64,000 bases of DNA from an uncultured virus (IMG/VR IMGVR_UViG_3300028763_000006) (lineage: Duplodnaviria; Heunggongvirae; Uroviricota; Caudoviricetes), in the IMG/VR virus record IMGVR_UViG_3300028763_000006, positions 1-64,000 of that record. One strand, 5' to 3'. Under the pieces are notes generated by a model. That model did no database searches. It was not told where the DNA came from and saw only the letters and a list, made by a program, of their open reading frames with translations. The translations under genes and the position numbers were made by a program. Every line of letters starts with the position of its first letter. Position 1 is the stretch's first letter. Positions 50,137-60,651 of this stretch are shown here, piece after piece.

Positions 50137-51198
50137 TTATACTATAAACCAATTATATCCATCAGTTATAAATGTTACAGTTTTATAAGCTGGTATAGAA
50201 TACGGCGGAGCTACTCCATCAATATTACCGCCTAAAGAACCTACTGTTATAATTGATGAAGATGTGTTGATATATCTATATAAAGTTTTTATTACTCCAT
50301 TTCCAGGACTCATAAGGGATTCAGAATGAGTAGAAAATGTCGTTACTACAGTTTCAAAATTGCTCACTATATTTCTATTATAAAGTTGGTTATTAGAAAT
50401 ACAATTCTCAATTTTAAGCAATGGTAAATTTCCAGTAATTGTAATTTGAAATGTTCCACAATTCAATCCTTTTATAAATACATCATTTCCTGTAATATTT
50501 ATTCCATCTATCATCACATCAGCATTACCTGTAAGAGAAACAATATCAATCCACTGTCCATCAACTGTAAATTTATTTGTACCAAAAGTATAATTTGAAG
50601 GTGGTACAATTATAGTGAATCTATTAGTTGCATCCGAGCTATAATCTCTGGCATTGGTATATGCATCTTGTAATTCAGCAGCATTAACATTAGAATCATA
50701 GCTATCACCTTTTAATAGAATATAATTACTTCCCTGAAGACCACTCTTTGGTTCTTCAATCATCATTCTTAATACAGTACCTTGTGAAGCATCCAATGCG
50801 GTTCCAGTAGAACCCATAGTAAGATTGTTAGTTAACGTAATAGCTTCAATAAGATTTGATCCAGTACCACACCATAATTTATAATCTAAAATATTTACAT
50901 ATAATTCTCCTTTAATAGGACTGCCTTTTACAATCCATCCGGAACCAGTTTTTTTGTATATTAAACTTTGTGTAGTATTATAAGTTAAATCATTCAAATT
51001 ACCTGCTTGAATAGGAAGATTAGTTGGACCAAAACTAATCAATTTATTGACCCTTCCAGACAATAATGGAGATTCCCAAAGCTGACTCACTGGTATTAAG
51101 TTATTCTCATAATTAGGATTTACACCGTCTATAGCACAAAACATTGTTGTATTGTCTATATTTATAATAGGTTTCTGAGACCATTTTTCATTTGCCAT
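50137..51198 (-). CDS. Putative tail-fibre-associated structural protein
   Basis: ALDASQG..L motif, beta-helix-like core, C-terminal VTFITDGYNWFIV typical of fibre tips. Confidence 0.55.
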   Translation of the reverse strand: MANEKWSQKPIINIDNTTMFCAIDGVNPNYENNLIPVSQLWESPLLSGRVNKLISFGPTNLPIQAGNLNDLTYNTTQSLIYKKTGSGWIVKGSPIKGELYVNILDYKLWCGTGSNLIEAITLTNNLTMGSTGTALDASQGTVLRMMIEEPKSGLQGSNYILLKGDSYDSNVNAAELQDAYTNARDYSSDATNRFTIIVPPSNYTFGTNKFTVDGQWIDIVSLTGNADVMIDGINITGNDVFIKGLNCGTFQITITGNLPLLKIENCISNNQLYNRNIVSNFETVVTTFSTHSESLMSPGNGVIKTLYRYINTSSSIITVGSLGGNIDGVAPPYSIPAYKTVTFITDGYNWFIV

Positions 51199-51230
51199 AT
51201 TTTTTATTTATTTTTTATACATTAAAAATA

Positions 51231-52133
51231 CTAATCAAATTTTTTCTTCAATTTTATATCTATATTACTCAAATATCCAGTTTTTATATGAACGTCATTT
51301 TCATCATCATCAATAATATCATCAGTATCATATTCAAAATCAAAAATAAATAAGTCATAATCTTCTCTTTCTTTTGGTAATTTATCAAAATCATTATTCT
51401 TACTCAAATACATATCATCATAATTCCAACCAACTACCAATTTATCTAATTCTTTATTTTTAATATTTAGTGGTTGATTATCTTCTATCATACCAGAATA
51501 TTTAGATGATTTATCTTTTTTGTATCCTCTCCAATATAAACAATAACCATGATTTATTTTTTTAATCGGATAATTAATAATACTATTAATCCATTCATCA
51601 TCCTTTATAATTTTAAATCCATCTTGAACATATATTTCTCCAAATAGTTCTTTTATTTTAGGTATGAATTTTTTAAGAAATTCAGGAATTGTCAATCTAA
51701 CTCCATTATAATATCCACCATCACTATCAAACCATCCAGAGTCTTTCAATCTTTCTATTTTTGATTTAATTATTATAAATTTTTTAGTATACTTACTAAT
51801 ATTTTTTATTTTTTGAGTTTTTATCAATTCTTCATTTTCGTGAAACCATATTCGTTTTCTTGATCCATAACTTCCTACTTCAATTGAAGGGAATGCAAAA
51901 GGAGAAATCTTATAATTATCACTTATTTTATCTCCATCTAATTCTAACTTAAATAAGGTAACAGGAGAATCACCAACATAATGATTCATACTTTTATTTC
52001 TTGTAGTTGAAATATTTGTAAATTTATAAGATGATATTGAATTTGTATTTAATATATATTCACACTTACTCAAATCAAATATATGATATAAACTACCCAA
52101 TTGCTTACCTTCATAACATTTTAAATACTTCAT
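51231..52133 (-). CDS. N-tagged protein, possible ADP-ribosyltransferase fold
   Basis: MKYLKCYE start; LYH...ISTTR...ENEE (H/R-S-ExE-like triad). Confidence 0.45.
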   Translation of the reverse strand: MKYLKCYEGKQLGSLYHIFDLSKCEYILNTNSISSYKFTNISTTRNKSMNHYVGDSPVTLFKLELDGDKISDNYKISPFAFPSIEVGSYGSRKRIWFHENEELIKTQKIKNISKYTKKFIIIKSKIERLKDSGWFDSDGGYYNGVRLTIPEFLKKFIPKIKELFGEIYVQDGFKIIKDDEWINSIINYPIKKINHGYCLYWRGYKKDKSSKYSGMIEDNQPLNIKNKELDKLVVGWNYDDMYLSKNNDFDKLPKEREDYDLFIFDFEYDTDDIIDDDENDVHIKTGYLSNIDIKLKKKFD

Positions 52134-52155
52134 TTAGTTATTTATTTAATTTATA

Positions 52156-52581
52156 TTAAATATTGAATTTGCCTGCTATTGAATATAACTCAATATCAGA
52201 TTCTTTCAAATTACGAATAATTTCAATCGCATCATTATAATATTTAACATCAAATGTAACAGAAAAATAATCCCAATAATTATCAATATGAGATTTATAT
52301 GGCTCAATTATAATATTATTTTCTATCAATTTATTTATAATTAAATCTGAAATAAATTCTATTTTAGGATCAAAATCATATGCAGTGAAACCTATACAAA
52401 TTTTATTTTTATTTTTATTAATACTTATATAATTTTGATTTTTTTTATAATCATTACCTTCAAATTTAATTTCATTTTTTGATATGAAACAAGAAAAGTT
52501 ATTATTTAATTTAAGACGCAAAGTATTTAATAATTCTGCTGAAAAAAATTTACTTTCGAATATTTTAAAATTTTTAATCAT
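52156..52581 (-). CDS. KFNL-tag family protein (start reassigned)
   Basis: MIKNFKIFE...IAGKFNI*. Confidence 0.7.
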   Translation of the reverse strand: MIKNFKIFESKFFSAELLNTLRLKLNNNFSCFISKNEIKFEGNDYKKNQNYISINKNKNKICIGFTAYDFDPKIEFISDLIINKLIENNIIIEPYKSHIDNYWDYFSVTFDVKYYNDAIEIIRNLKESDIELYSIAGKFNI

Positions 52582-52591
52582 ATTTTTCTTT

Positions 52592-52945
52592 TTATTCGTA
52601 AATTGATTGTCCATGTTTATCATTATGTAAATCATGAATAGCAACAAAGTAATCACCACTAATATACAATGAATCCAATTTTATATACATATTAAAAATT
52701 ACAGGAGTTTTAGATCCTGTCATCAAACTATATCTTCTGGCAATATCTATATCAGGAGAAAACCAAGTTCCATTTTTAAATTTACCTGTTCTTATTATTT
52801 TTTTTGAATTCTCTCTATTTGTACCATGATACAATAAAATATATACATCACCGTCGATATACATTTTTTCAATTCCTCTATCAGTAACATTTTTTAAGTA
52901 TTCATCTGACAAATGATTCTCATATATTTTAAATTCTATTATCAT
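52592..52945 (-). CDS. N-tagged protein, possible ART/PARP-like fold
   Basis: MIIEFKIYE start; LYHGT...II..G..GTWFSPD...ARRY. Confidence 0.45.
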   Translation of the reverse strand: MIIEFKIYENHLSDEYLKNVTDRGIEKMYIDGDVYILLYHGTNRENSKKIIRTGKFKNGTWFSPDIDIARRYSLMTGSKTPVIFNMYIKLDSLYISGDYFVAIHDLHNDKHGQSIYE

Positions 52946-53015
52946 AATATGTTATATATTATTTTTTACATATAAGAAATTGTTTTTTTATATATATAAG
53001 AAAAAACCAATTTCT

Positions 53016-56000
53016 GTGGACAATTCAAAGTATATTTTTTTCAATAAAGAAGGGTTTCCTCACAATTTTACATACAATAAATATTCTGAAAGTTGGAATG
53101 GTAAAATAATATTTGATGAAAATTCAGATCAGACATTTAAAACACAAAGTTTATATATGTTTGAAAGTGTTAATCCAATAGATTTTACTGTTCCTGCAAA
53201 TTTACTATCAATGAACTATAACAATAATAGTGGAATGACAATTTCAGGATTATCTAAATCTGGTGATACTATTTATCAAAATGAAACAATAACCAACATA
53301 ACAAAAGTCAATGATTCTACTGATTTTTATTCTAAGTGGATATATGGAATAGATTTTCATAAAAAATTCCCAGTAGGTACAGTGATTAATTTTTCAGGTA
53401 TAACAAACTCATCAGATTTTAGTAATGATAAATACTTCAATGTATTATCAGTTAAAAAGAACGCTTTTTTAATTATAACAAATACAAGTAATGACATTTT
53501 CAATTATACATTTTCATCTGGTACAACAAGTTCATTAAACATGATTTCTATTAATGATTATAATAGAAAATTATCAGATAATAATTTATTAATTCAAAAT
53601 TTATATTCAGGAAAAGTTTTTTCATTAATAAACACTACACATAATGATGGAATTGTTAGTGTAATAGAATCTGGAACAACTAAATCATATTTAAATGAAA
53701 TACAAATTGATGATGAAATAGATAAAATTTTTACATTAACAATAGAATTATTCACTGAAAGACCAACTATTTTACAAAATAATATCATATTAAATTCTTC
53801 TTCATACAATACTGGAACTCTTAATATTGGTAAATATGCATATTTATTAGCTCCTACTACAATTTATACAGAATCAGGAATAGAGCAATCTAAAATGAAC
53901 GTAATATTTGAAGATGATTTAGGTAATAAATTATTCAGTGGATATACTTTTACAATTGAATCATTAGTGACAGACAATATTTTAGGCGATAAATTTTTGA
54001 ATTTCAAGACATTTTACGATTCATCTAATGTAAAATATAAATCATATAGTGTAACTAGTAATACAACACAATGGAACACTATTCAATTTGAAGGAACATT
54101 AGATATTAAAATTGGTAGTATAATACAACTAAATGGAGTAAAAGACATTAATAATACAGGTTCTACATTTTTAATGGATAATAGAGAATTTAGTGTCATA
54201 AATGTTAGTTATGATTTAAGTTCAGATACAACTATGTTATTTGTATCTGGGTATATTATAGATGAAAATAATTCAACTTATACAATAACACAGAAACTAC
54301 AATCAAATCAAATAAAAAATGTATATTTCACATCATCTGGTGACATATCTGAATTTAACAGAACTACAATTAGTAATGCATATTGTTATTCAACATCAAA
54401 TATTATAAATTTATCACAAATGTATATTAGTGGAAAAACTAATAATATATCATATGATACTATAACAGTTTTTCTAAATAAATATAAAAACATATTAAAT
54501 AGATATGGTATAGATGCTTATTATTCAAATAGAAATAATATTGATTATTTGTCTATTGAAAGTCTATATGGCACAAATAGTAATTATTTTTCAGTTTCTG
54601 GCTATTCAAATAGTGTTAAAATAAATGATAATTTTTATTTAACGAACAGCGGAACAACTACAAAATATGACATTATAATAAATGAAACTTTAATACAAGA
54701 AAAAACAAATAAATCTGATTTAGATTTATATAAAACTGATGCGCATTCAGAAATAGTACTAAGATTACAAAATGATAATGATAGATTTGGATTCAATTTA
54801 AAATTAAATGGAAATGAATATAGCATAGGTTTTTCTATTGATTCACAAACTACTATTAATAATTTCATTAATACATACGGTGATATCATGTATAGTAATG
54901 GTTATACTATATATAGTGGATATAGTATTAATCACACAGGTTATACTTTAAATATCAAGTCAGATAACGATATTTGGGATTTAGGCGTAATAATAAATAT
55001 ATTATCTACATATGAAATAATTGAAAATCAAAGAAATAATGCGATATTATTATCTGGAAATGAAATAAAAACAGATACAAATCTATTTGATTTAAACTTG
55101 GCTACAGGAATGTTATTAAAAATTACAGGCAGTACATATGAAATTAATAACAAAGAATATAATATATTATATTTATCTGAATCAGCTATAATATTATCAT
55201 ATCAAGGAGTATTTAACACTGAATATAATTCAATAATTGGAGGAACAACAAGAGAGTTCATCAGAAAGCCAAGAGGAGAATATAATAAAGATGTATATTT
55301 AAAAGCATACTGGGAAGTACCATATCAAGATGAAATTGATGAATCAATATTCTTCTATGATATATCTGGGGATCAACTAACTCCTTTTAATGACATTGAT
55401 AAATTAAAATACACAGGACAAAAACCATTAATTGATTTAACTAATAATATAGTATTTCTTAATAATATACCAAATACTAATATTACACAGGTGAAAAATC
55501 CTAAATATCAGCAAACAGTTTTTACTGGATTGACGTATAAATTAGAACAATTAGATTCATCAATTTCTCATAATTATATACCAGAGCCATTAGAAATTTT
55601 CATAGGATATAATTCTACTGAAGAAGGTGTAAATACTAGAACATTAAAAATTGATAAAATTATAACTCCTGTGAATAATACTAATTATTTATCATTAAGT
55701 GGATATACAAACTCTGGAAATACACTTTCATTGAATAATTTTACATTAAGTGGAAATGTTATTAATTTTTTATCTACATTTGATTTTAATTTTAAAAATT
55801 ATTTTGAAATAGATCAACTAATAACAATAAAATTTGAAGACAAAAATAATAAAAATCAAATAATAAATGAAAATATAAACATCTATAAAATATCAGATTT
55901 AACAAGAAATAAAATATTTATTGACACTGGTTATACTTATGTAAATGATTCAAGTGGTTATACATATGATGACTCTGGATTTACATATTTTAATACTACT

Positions 56001-57269
56001 GGATCAACATTTTATTATGACATTGAAATTCAGCCTAAAGAAATATTATCTTGTGTATTATATGGACAAACTGAGATCGAAGACATTAGATTTAAAGTAA
56101 ATCTAAATAATGTAGGGGTACAATTAGAAGATGATGTTTATAACATTTTATATCTATCTGATATTGAAGATAACGCAATAGATTATACTCTATTCAATCG
56201 CAAAAGAAAAGAAATGTTATTAAATTATAGAGAGGTTTATGATTATATTGGTTCATATAAAGCATTAATAAATGCTATCAATTTCTTTGGTTATAATGAT
56301 TTATATTTATCAGAATATTACAGAAATATAGATAAATCATCAACACTTTACGGTAGTTTGCATAAAATATTAATTCCTGATATATTTGATAATAGTGTTC
56401 CTGGTTGGAATGAAACAGATTTTATAAGTAGTAAATATCAAAATAAAATATCATGGAAAAAAACAAATTTATTCAATCTATCATATTCAATAACTGATTA
56501 CGATGGAAACAATATTTTAATCTATTCATTAGATGAAGTTCAAACAAAATTGACTAAATTAAAAACTTGGTTGAGAAGACATATAGTACCATTATCCACC
56601 AATTTAGTTGATATAACAGGAGTTTCTGATACTAGTCAAACACTATATCAAAATTATGATGAATCAAATCAAGTTAAAAAATCAGTAGTAGACAGAAGTT
56701 CATCAGTAGTAAATTTCAATTACACGGCAACTTTAAATTTTGGTTCAGATTATTTAGTTACTGTTAATTTCTATACTTTATTCGGTGCAACAGGCACTAC
56801 AATAGATAATAATGAAATACCTAATGAGTTTTCTGTTAAAATAAAAACTTTCTATCTTTCTGGTACAACATTTATTGAACCAACAGAAACTTTAATACCT
56901 GTTCAATATTTTAAATTACATAAAAATGATTTATCATCATTTAGTTTTAGTTTAAATAAAGATGTTGATCCATATATTTATGTTGAAACAACTACTTATG
57001 ATAATGGAGGAAGTGGAATTGGATATGTTAATAATAAATTATTCTATTATGATGAGCCAAGAAATTATTGGTTAGTTAATAATAATTTTGATTTAACAAA
57101 AATGAAATATTATCAAACTACTGATCATATAACAAATACTGTTCAATATTGGGACAATTCAAATGCTACTTATAATAATAGCAGCACAATTATTTCATCA
57201 CCAGTGGAAACTATCGTAAAAGTAAATTCTTTAAATAAAACATACATATCTAAAATAATACCAAAATAA
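53016..57269 (+). CDS. Very large putative virion structural (baseplate-like) protein; GTG start at 53016 likely
   Basis: ~1400 aa, Ser/Thr/Asn-rich with recurrent SGT/SGY; IGSYKALINAINFFGY motif. Confidence 0.6.
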   Translation: MDNSKYIFFNKEGFPHNFTYNKYSESWNGKIIFDENSDQTFKTQSLYMFESVNPIDFTVPANLLSMNYNNNSGMTISGLSKSGDTIYQNETITNITKVNDSTDFYSKWIYGIDFHKKFPVGTVINFSGITNSSDFSNDKYFNVLSVKKNAFLIITNTSNDIFNYTFSSGTTSSLNMISINDYNRKLSDNNLLIQNLYSGKVFSLINTTHNDGIVSVIESGTTKSYLNEIQIDDEIDKIFTLTIELFTERPTILQNNIILNSSSYNTGTLNIGKYAYLLAPTTIYTESGIEQSKMNVIFEDDLGNKLFSGYTFTIESLVTDNILGDKFLNFKTFYDSSNVKYKSYSVTSNTTQWNTIQFEGTLDIKIGSIIQLNGVKDINNTGSTFLMDNREFSVINVSYDLSSDTTMLFVSGYIIDENNSTYTITQKLQSNQIKNVYFTSSGDISEFNRTTISNAYCYSTSNIINLSQMYISGKTNNISYDTITVFLNKYKNILNRYGIDAYYSNRNNIDYLSIESLYGTNSNYFSVSGYSNSVKINDNFYLTNSGTTTKYDIIINETLIQEKTNKSDLDLYKTDAHSEIVLRLQNDNDRFGFNLKLNGNEYSIGFSIDSQTTINNFINTYGDIMYSNGYTIYSGYSINHTGYTLNIKSDNDIWDLGVIINILSTYEIIENQRNNAILLSGNEIKTDTNLFDLNLATGMLLKITGSTYEINNKEYNILYLSESAIILSYQGVFNTEYNSIIGGTTREFIRKPRGEYNKDVYLKAYWEVPYQDEIDESIFFYDISGDQLTPFNDIDKLKYTGQKPLIDLTNNIVFLNNIPNTNITQVKNPKYQQTVFTGLTYKLEQLDSSISHNYIPEPLEIFIGYNSTEEGVNTRTLKIDKIITPVNNTNYLSLSGYTNSGNTLSLNNFTLSGNVINFLSTFDFNFKNYFEIDQLITIKFEDKNNKNQIINENINIYKISDLTRNKIFIDTGYTYVNDSSGYTYDDSGFTYFNTTGSTFYYDIEIQPKEILSCVLYGQTEIEDIRFKVNLNNVGVQLEDDVYNILYLSDIEDNAIDYTLFNRKRKEMLLNYREVYDYIGSYKALINAINFFGYNDLYLSEYYRNIDKSSTLYGSLHKILIPDIFDNSVPGWNETDFISSKYQNKISWKKTNLFNLSYSITDYDGNNILIYSLDEVQTKLTKLKTWLRRHIVPLSTNLVDITGVSDTSQTLYQNYDESNQVKKSVVDRSSSVVNFNYTATLNFGSDYLVTVNFYTLFGATGTTIDNNEIPNEFSVKIKTFYLSGTTFIEPTETLIPVQYFKLHKNDLSSFSFSLNKDVDPYIYVETTTYDNGGSGIGYVNNKLFYYDEPRNYWLVNNNFDLTKMKYYQTTDHITNTVQYWDNSNATYNNSSTIISSPVETIVKVNSLNKTYISKIIPK

Positions 57270-57281
57270 ATATATAACAAC

Positions 57282-57587
57282 ATGACAGATTATGATACTC
57301 TTTATATAAGAAGTTTTAGCGGTATGACTGGATCTACAATGAATAGTGGTATCACATCAAGTGGTACCACTGATTTTCATCAGTTTATAGATGAAAACGG
57401 TAATGTATCTCAAATACCAAAAATTAAAAAAATAAGATATAAATATTACATTGACCCTGATACTCCTGATAGAATAATAACTGAATCTTGTGTAATAGGA
57501 GTAGATGATGAAGAAAGTGGTCCATGTAGCTTCGGCGTAGCACTGGGCATTGGTGACGATACAATGTGCTTAGCTAAATATGATTAG
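57282..57587 (+). CDS. Hypothetical protein, probably structural
   Basis: SG(M/T)T motifs as in the upstream gene; preceded by TATATA. Confidence 0.5.
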   Translation: MTDYDTLYIRSFSGMTGSTMNSGITSSGTTDFHQFIDENGNVSQIPKIKKIRYKYYIDPDTPDRIITESCVIGVDDEESGPCSFGVALGIGDDTMCLAKYD

Positions 57588-57891
57588 AAATATATTCTAA
57601 ATATAAATTATTCATAAATCTTTCAATATTAATACATATTGAAAATTTGCCATAGATATCATCTTTCTCATTATAACATCTGAATCCAACATTATCTACA
57701 AAAAACAATCTAATAAGTTTATTATCAATTAATAAGCCTTGTCTTTTTGATAACATCTTAAGTTGTTCATCATCAAATTTAATCAATAAATTATCAATAG
57801 TATTATCAATGCTAATATCATATTTTTTGTTTTTAAGTTTTTCTAAACTATCTTTAAGTGAAAAAAAATCATTCATCATTTTTATCATCAT
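57574..57891 (-). CDS. Hypothetical protein
   Basis: ORF in a short minus-strand operon. Confidence 0.5.
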   Translation of the reverse strand: MMIKMMNDFFSLKDSLEKLKNKKYDISIDNTIDNLLIKFDDEQLKMLSKRQGLLIDNKLIRLFFVDNVGFRCYNEKDDIYGKFSICINIERFMNNLYLEYISNHI

Positions 57892-58237
57892 TTTTTGAAT
57901 CTGATATGCATGTTTTTCCTACAATATTCAATTCTCCTTTTTTTATCATATCTAATAGAGTAGGAATTGTATATGTAATAACATCACTAATTAATATAAA
58001 TGTATCATATTTACCGTATTTATCACCATGTATAAATTCATCTAAATCCATTTTTGAGATTTCTTCTGTGCCATCTTTGAAAATTGTATTAACTACAACT
58101 AATTGATTTTTTTTTAATTTATCATAACATTCATGAGTAGAAATATTTACACCATCTGTTAAATTGTTTGTATCTGGATTAAGAACAAATAAAAATAAAT
58201 TACCATCTATTCTTAATACCACGCCATCATACTTCAT
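57869..58237 (-). CDS. Hypothetical protein
   Basis: 122-aa ORF. Confidence 0.5.
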   Translation of the reverse strand: MKYDGVVLRIDGNLFLFVLNPDTNNLTDGVNISTHECYDKLKKNQLVVVNTIFKDGTEEISKMDLDEFIHGDKYGKYDTFILISDVITYTIPTLLDMIKKGELNIVGKTCISDSKNDDKNDE

Positions 58238-58478
58238 ATATCTTTATTAATTTTAAATATCTACTTAACTTTTTATTATTTTCTACTAATCTGTTTATAT
58301 CTATTATAACATCATTTATTGATAAAAAATCAATATTATTTAAATTATATGCAAAAAATTCTATTACATCAATTCTTTTTTCAAAAAATTTATTTTTTGG
58401 ACTTCCACATTTTTTAGCATAAACTAAGTGAAAACCATCAAAACTATCTATCTTATCATCAATTATTCCTTTTAACAT
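58227..58478 (-). CDS. Small protein with RKxKL-like C-terminus
   Basis: Ends SRYLKLIKIYEV. Confidence 0.5.
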   Translation of the reverse strand: MLKGIIDDKIDSFDGFHLVYAKKCGSPKNKFFEKRIDVIEFFAYNLNNIDFLSINDVIIDINRLVENNKKLSRYLKLIKIYEV

Positions 58479-58530
58479 CTATTTTAAGAACTTGTTTTTA
58501 TTTATATATAAAAAAAAATCAAAACAGTTT

Positions 58531-59244
58531 ATGATATTTATAGGATTAGATGTATCAAAAATTTCAACTGCACTATGTATTGAAAAAAATGGAATCACTA
58601 AATTATTTAGTTATTCTACTCAAAAAGATAATAATATATGGGTTAAAGATACCAACTCTATTATTAATTACAGACATATTAAATATTCATATCTAGATGA
58701 AGATGATTATAGTAAATCTGAAATACTGAAGTTACAAAATTTTGATGAAGTTACAGATTTAATAATAAATGATATTTTTAATAATGTAGGAATATTAGAT
58801 AGTATTAGAATAGGAATTGAAGGATTTTCTTATAATTCAAAAGGTCCAATATTTGATTTAATAGAATTTACAACTCTACTAAAATATAAATTATTACATA
58901 GAATAAATAAATACGGGGAAATTCAAATTTTTTCACCAATAACACTTAAAATGGAAGCTTGTAAAATGGCATATAAACCTAGAATAGAAACTAAAGGAAA
59001 AAAGGTAATTAAAGAAATAATACACAATGAAAATGATGAAGGTAAAAATGCTAAAGACTTTGATAAATGGGACATGCTTTACGCTTTAATTAAAAGTGAT
59101 GTGAAATTAGAACTAAAGGATTGGTGTGTAGAAAATATGGAAAAAATATCTAAGATAAAAAAAGTACCTAAGCCAATAGATGATGAGATTGATGCTATAT
59201 TTCTATCACAAATAATAAAAAAACAATATAATCAAAGAAAATAA
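58531..59244 (+). CDS. RuvC-like Holliday junction resolvase (start reassigned to MIFIGLD)
   Basis: IGLDVS...IGIEGFSY...P.TLK...DDEIDA acidic triad of the RNase H fold. Confidence 0.75.
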   Translation: MIFIGLDVSKISTALCIEKNGITKLFSYSTQKDNNIWVKDTNSIINYRHIKYSYLDEDDYSKSEILKLQNFDEVTDLIINDIFNNVGILDSIRIGIEGFSYNSKGPIFDLIEFTTLLKYKLLHRINKYGEIQIFSPITLKMEACKMAYKPRIETKGKKVIKEIIHNENDEGKNAKDFDKWDMLYALIKSDVKLELKDWCVENMEKISKIKKVPKPIDDEIDAIFLSQIIKKQYNQRK

Positions 59245-59397
59245 TTAATATATAATCATTGTATATTTCAAGCATTTAAGTGGGGGAAATATATAATATA
59301 TATAGTATATATATCATGATCTTGCATCTTTTTTATAAATGATTGATTATTAATAATATACAAACTAAGAAAATTATACAAAATTTAAAATTTAAAT

Positions 59398-60300
59398 ATG
59401 TTTGAAGACGGTAAAGAATACAAATTTAAAAATAAAGACATAAAAGTATTTGGTCCAAAAGCTAATGAGGCTCAGCAGATTGATCCTAATATCATACCAA
59501 AATTTCCTATCAATAAACCTGTTAAATTTGATGTAGAACTAATGAAAAAGGCAATTAAGTATGGATTAGTTATACTTATTAATTATAGAGGTGAAGAAGA
59601 TCGTTGGAAAGGTGGTAGAGAAAGAACTATTCAGCCTATGGTACTTGGTGTTAATAAAAATACTAAAAATATGTTGGTGAGAGGGTTTCATCTTGAAGGA
59701 TGGTCAGTGTCTCAAAAAGCAGAAACAAAAAAAGTGTGGAGATTATTTAAAACTGATAATATTGTATCAATGACATTCACAGGAAACTTTTTCCGTTTAC
59801 CTCCTATTGGATATAAGATGAATGATAGGGTAATGACAGAAAAAATATTAGCCAAAGCAGATTTTAATGAAATAAGAAGAAACCAGAACACTTTATTAAA
59901 AGGTGGACAGATACAATCAGAAGAAGAAACAACTATCTCCACCCCAACGGGAGGAGTAGTGAGCATTGAAATAACCAACTCTAATAGTCAGATAGATTTA
60001 AAAACACCGTCAAAGAATTTACTTATAAACAAAAACAATTATGATCCTAATAGATTTTTGAGAGATTCAAGTACAAAATCTATGAAATTTTCAGTTATGA
60101 AAAGTATGTTTGGTAATAATTATCTTGTATTAGTAGGTGCGATGGGTACAATTAATAGACAAATTAAAGTATATGATGGTAAAAAATTAATAGGTAATTA
60201 TAGATGTATTAAAACATTTTTAGGATCTGATTTAAGTAATAATAAAATTGTAGATGGTAAAAATATATTTGACTTATACGTATTTAATAGAAAAATTTAA
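59398..60300 (+). CDS. WYL-domain protein
   Basis: INYRG...RTIQP..LG...LVRGF...WRLFKTDNI. Confidence 0.7.
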   Translation: MFEDGKEYKFKNKDIKVFGPKANEAQQIDPNIIPKFPINKPVKFDVELMKKAIKYGLVILINYRGEEDRWKGGRERTIQPMVLGVNKNTKNMLVRGFHLEGWSVSQKAETKKVWRLFKTDNIVSMTFTGNFFRLPPIGYKMNDRVMTEKILAKADFNEIRRNQNTLLKGGQIQSEEETTISTPTGGVVSIEITNSNSQIDLKTPSKNLLINKNNYDPNRFLRDSSTKSMKFSVMKSMFGNNYLVLVGAMGTINRQIKVYDGKKLIGNYRCIKTFLGSDLSNNKIVDGKNIFDLYVFNRKI

Positions 60301-60303
60301 AAT

Positions 60304-60651
60304 ATGAAGCACTTAAGATTATTTGAGAATGAGTTATCGTATAAATATAAAGTAGGTGATTATGTATTAATTAACTATGATACTAAATCTAAAACATTAT
60401 CAAAGTTGAAGGATTTTGTAAATATTCATATAGGAAAAATACTGTTTATTGACGATAAAAGTTTAATTATTCAATATAATAATCCACCAGATAAATTGAA
60501 TCATTTTTTTTCTGATAAAGTAGTAGGCAATAAAAATATTAAAAATTCTGTGTTTTTTTGGAATAAAATAAATACAATAAGAAGATTGGCAACAGAAGAT
60601 GAAATATCAGAATATGAAGTAGTTAAAAATACAAATAAATTTAATATATGA
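60304..60651 (+). CDS. KFNL-tag family small protein
   Basis: MKHLRLFE...YKVGDYV...NTNKFNI*. Confidence 0.75.
   Translation: MKHLRLFENELSYKYKVGDYVLINYDTKSKTLSKLKDFVNIHIGKILFIDDKSLIIQYNNPPDKLNHFFSDKVVGNKNIKNSVFFWNKINTIRRLATEDEISEYEVVKNTNKFNI

Noticed and set aside
59245..59397. Replication origin or ncRNA in the AT-rich gap
   Set aside because: No iterons or convincing secondary structure; indistinguishable from background by eye.
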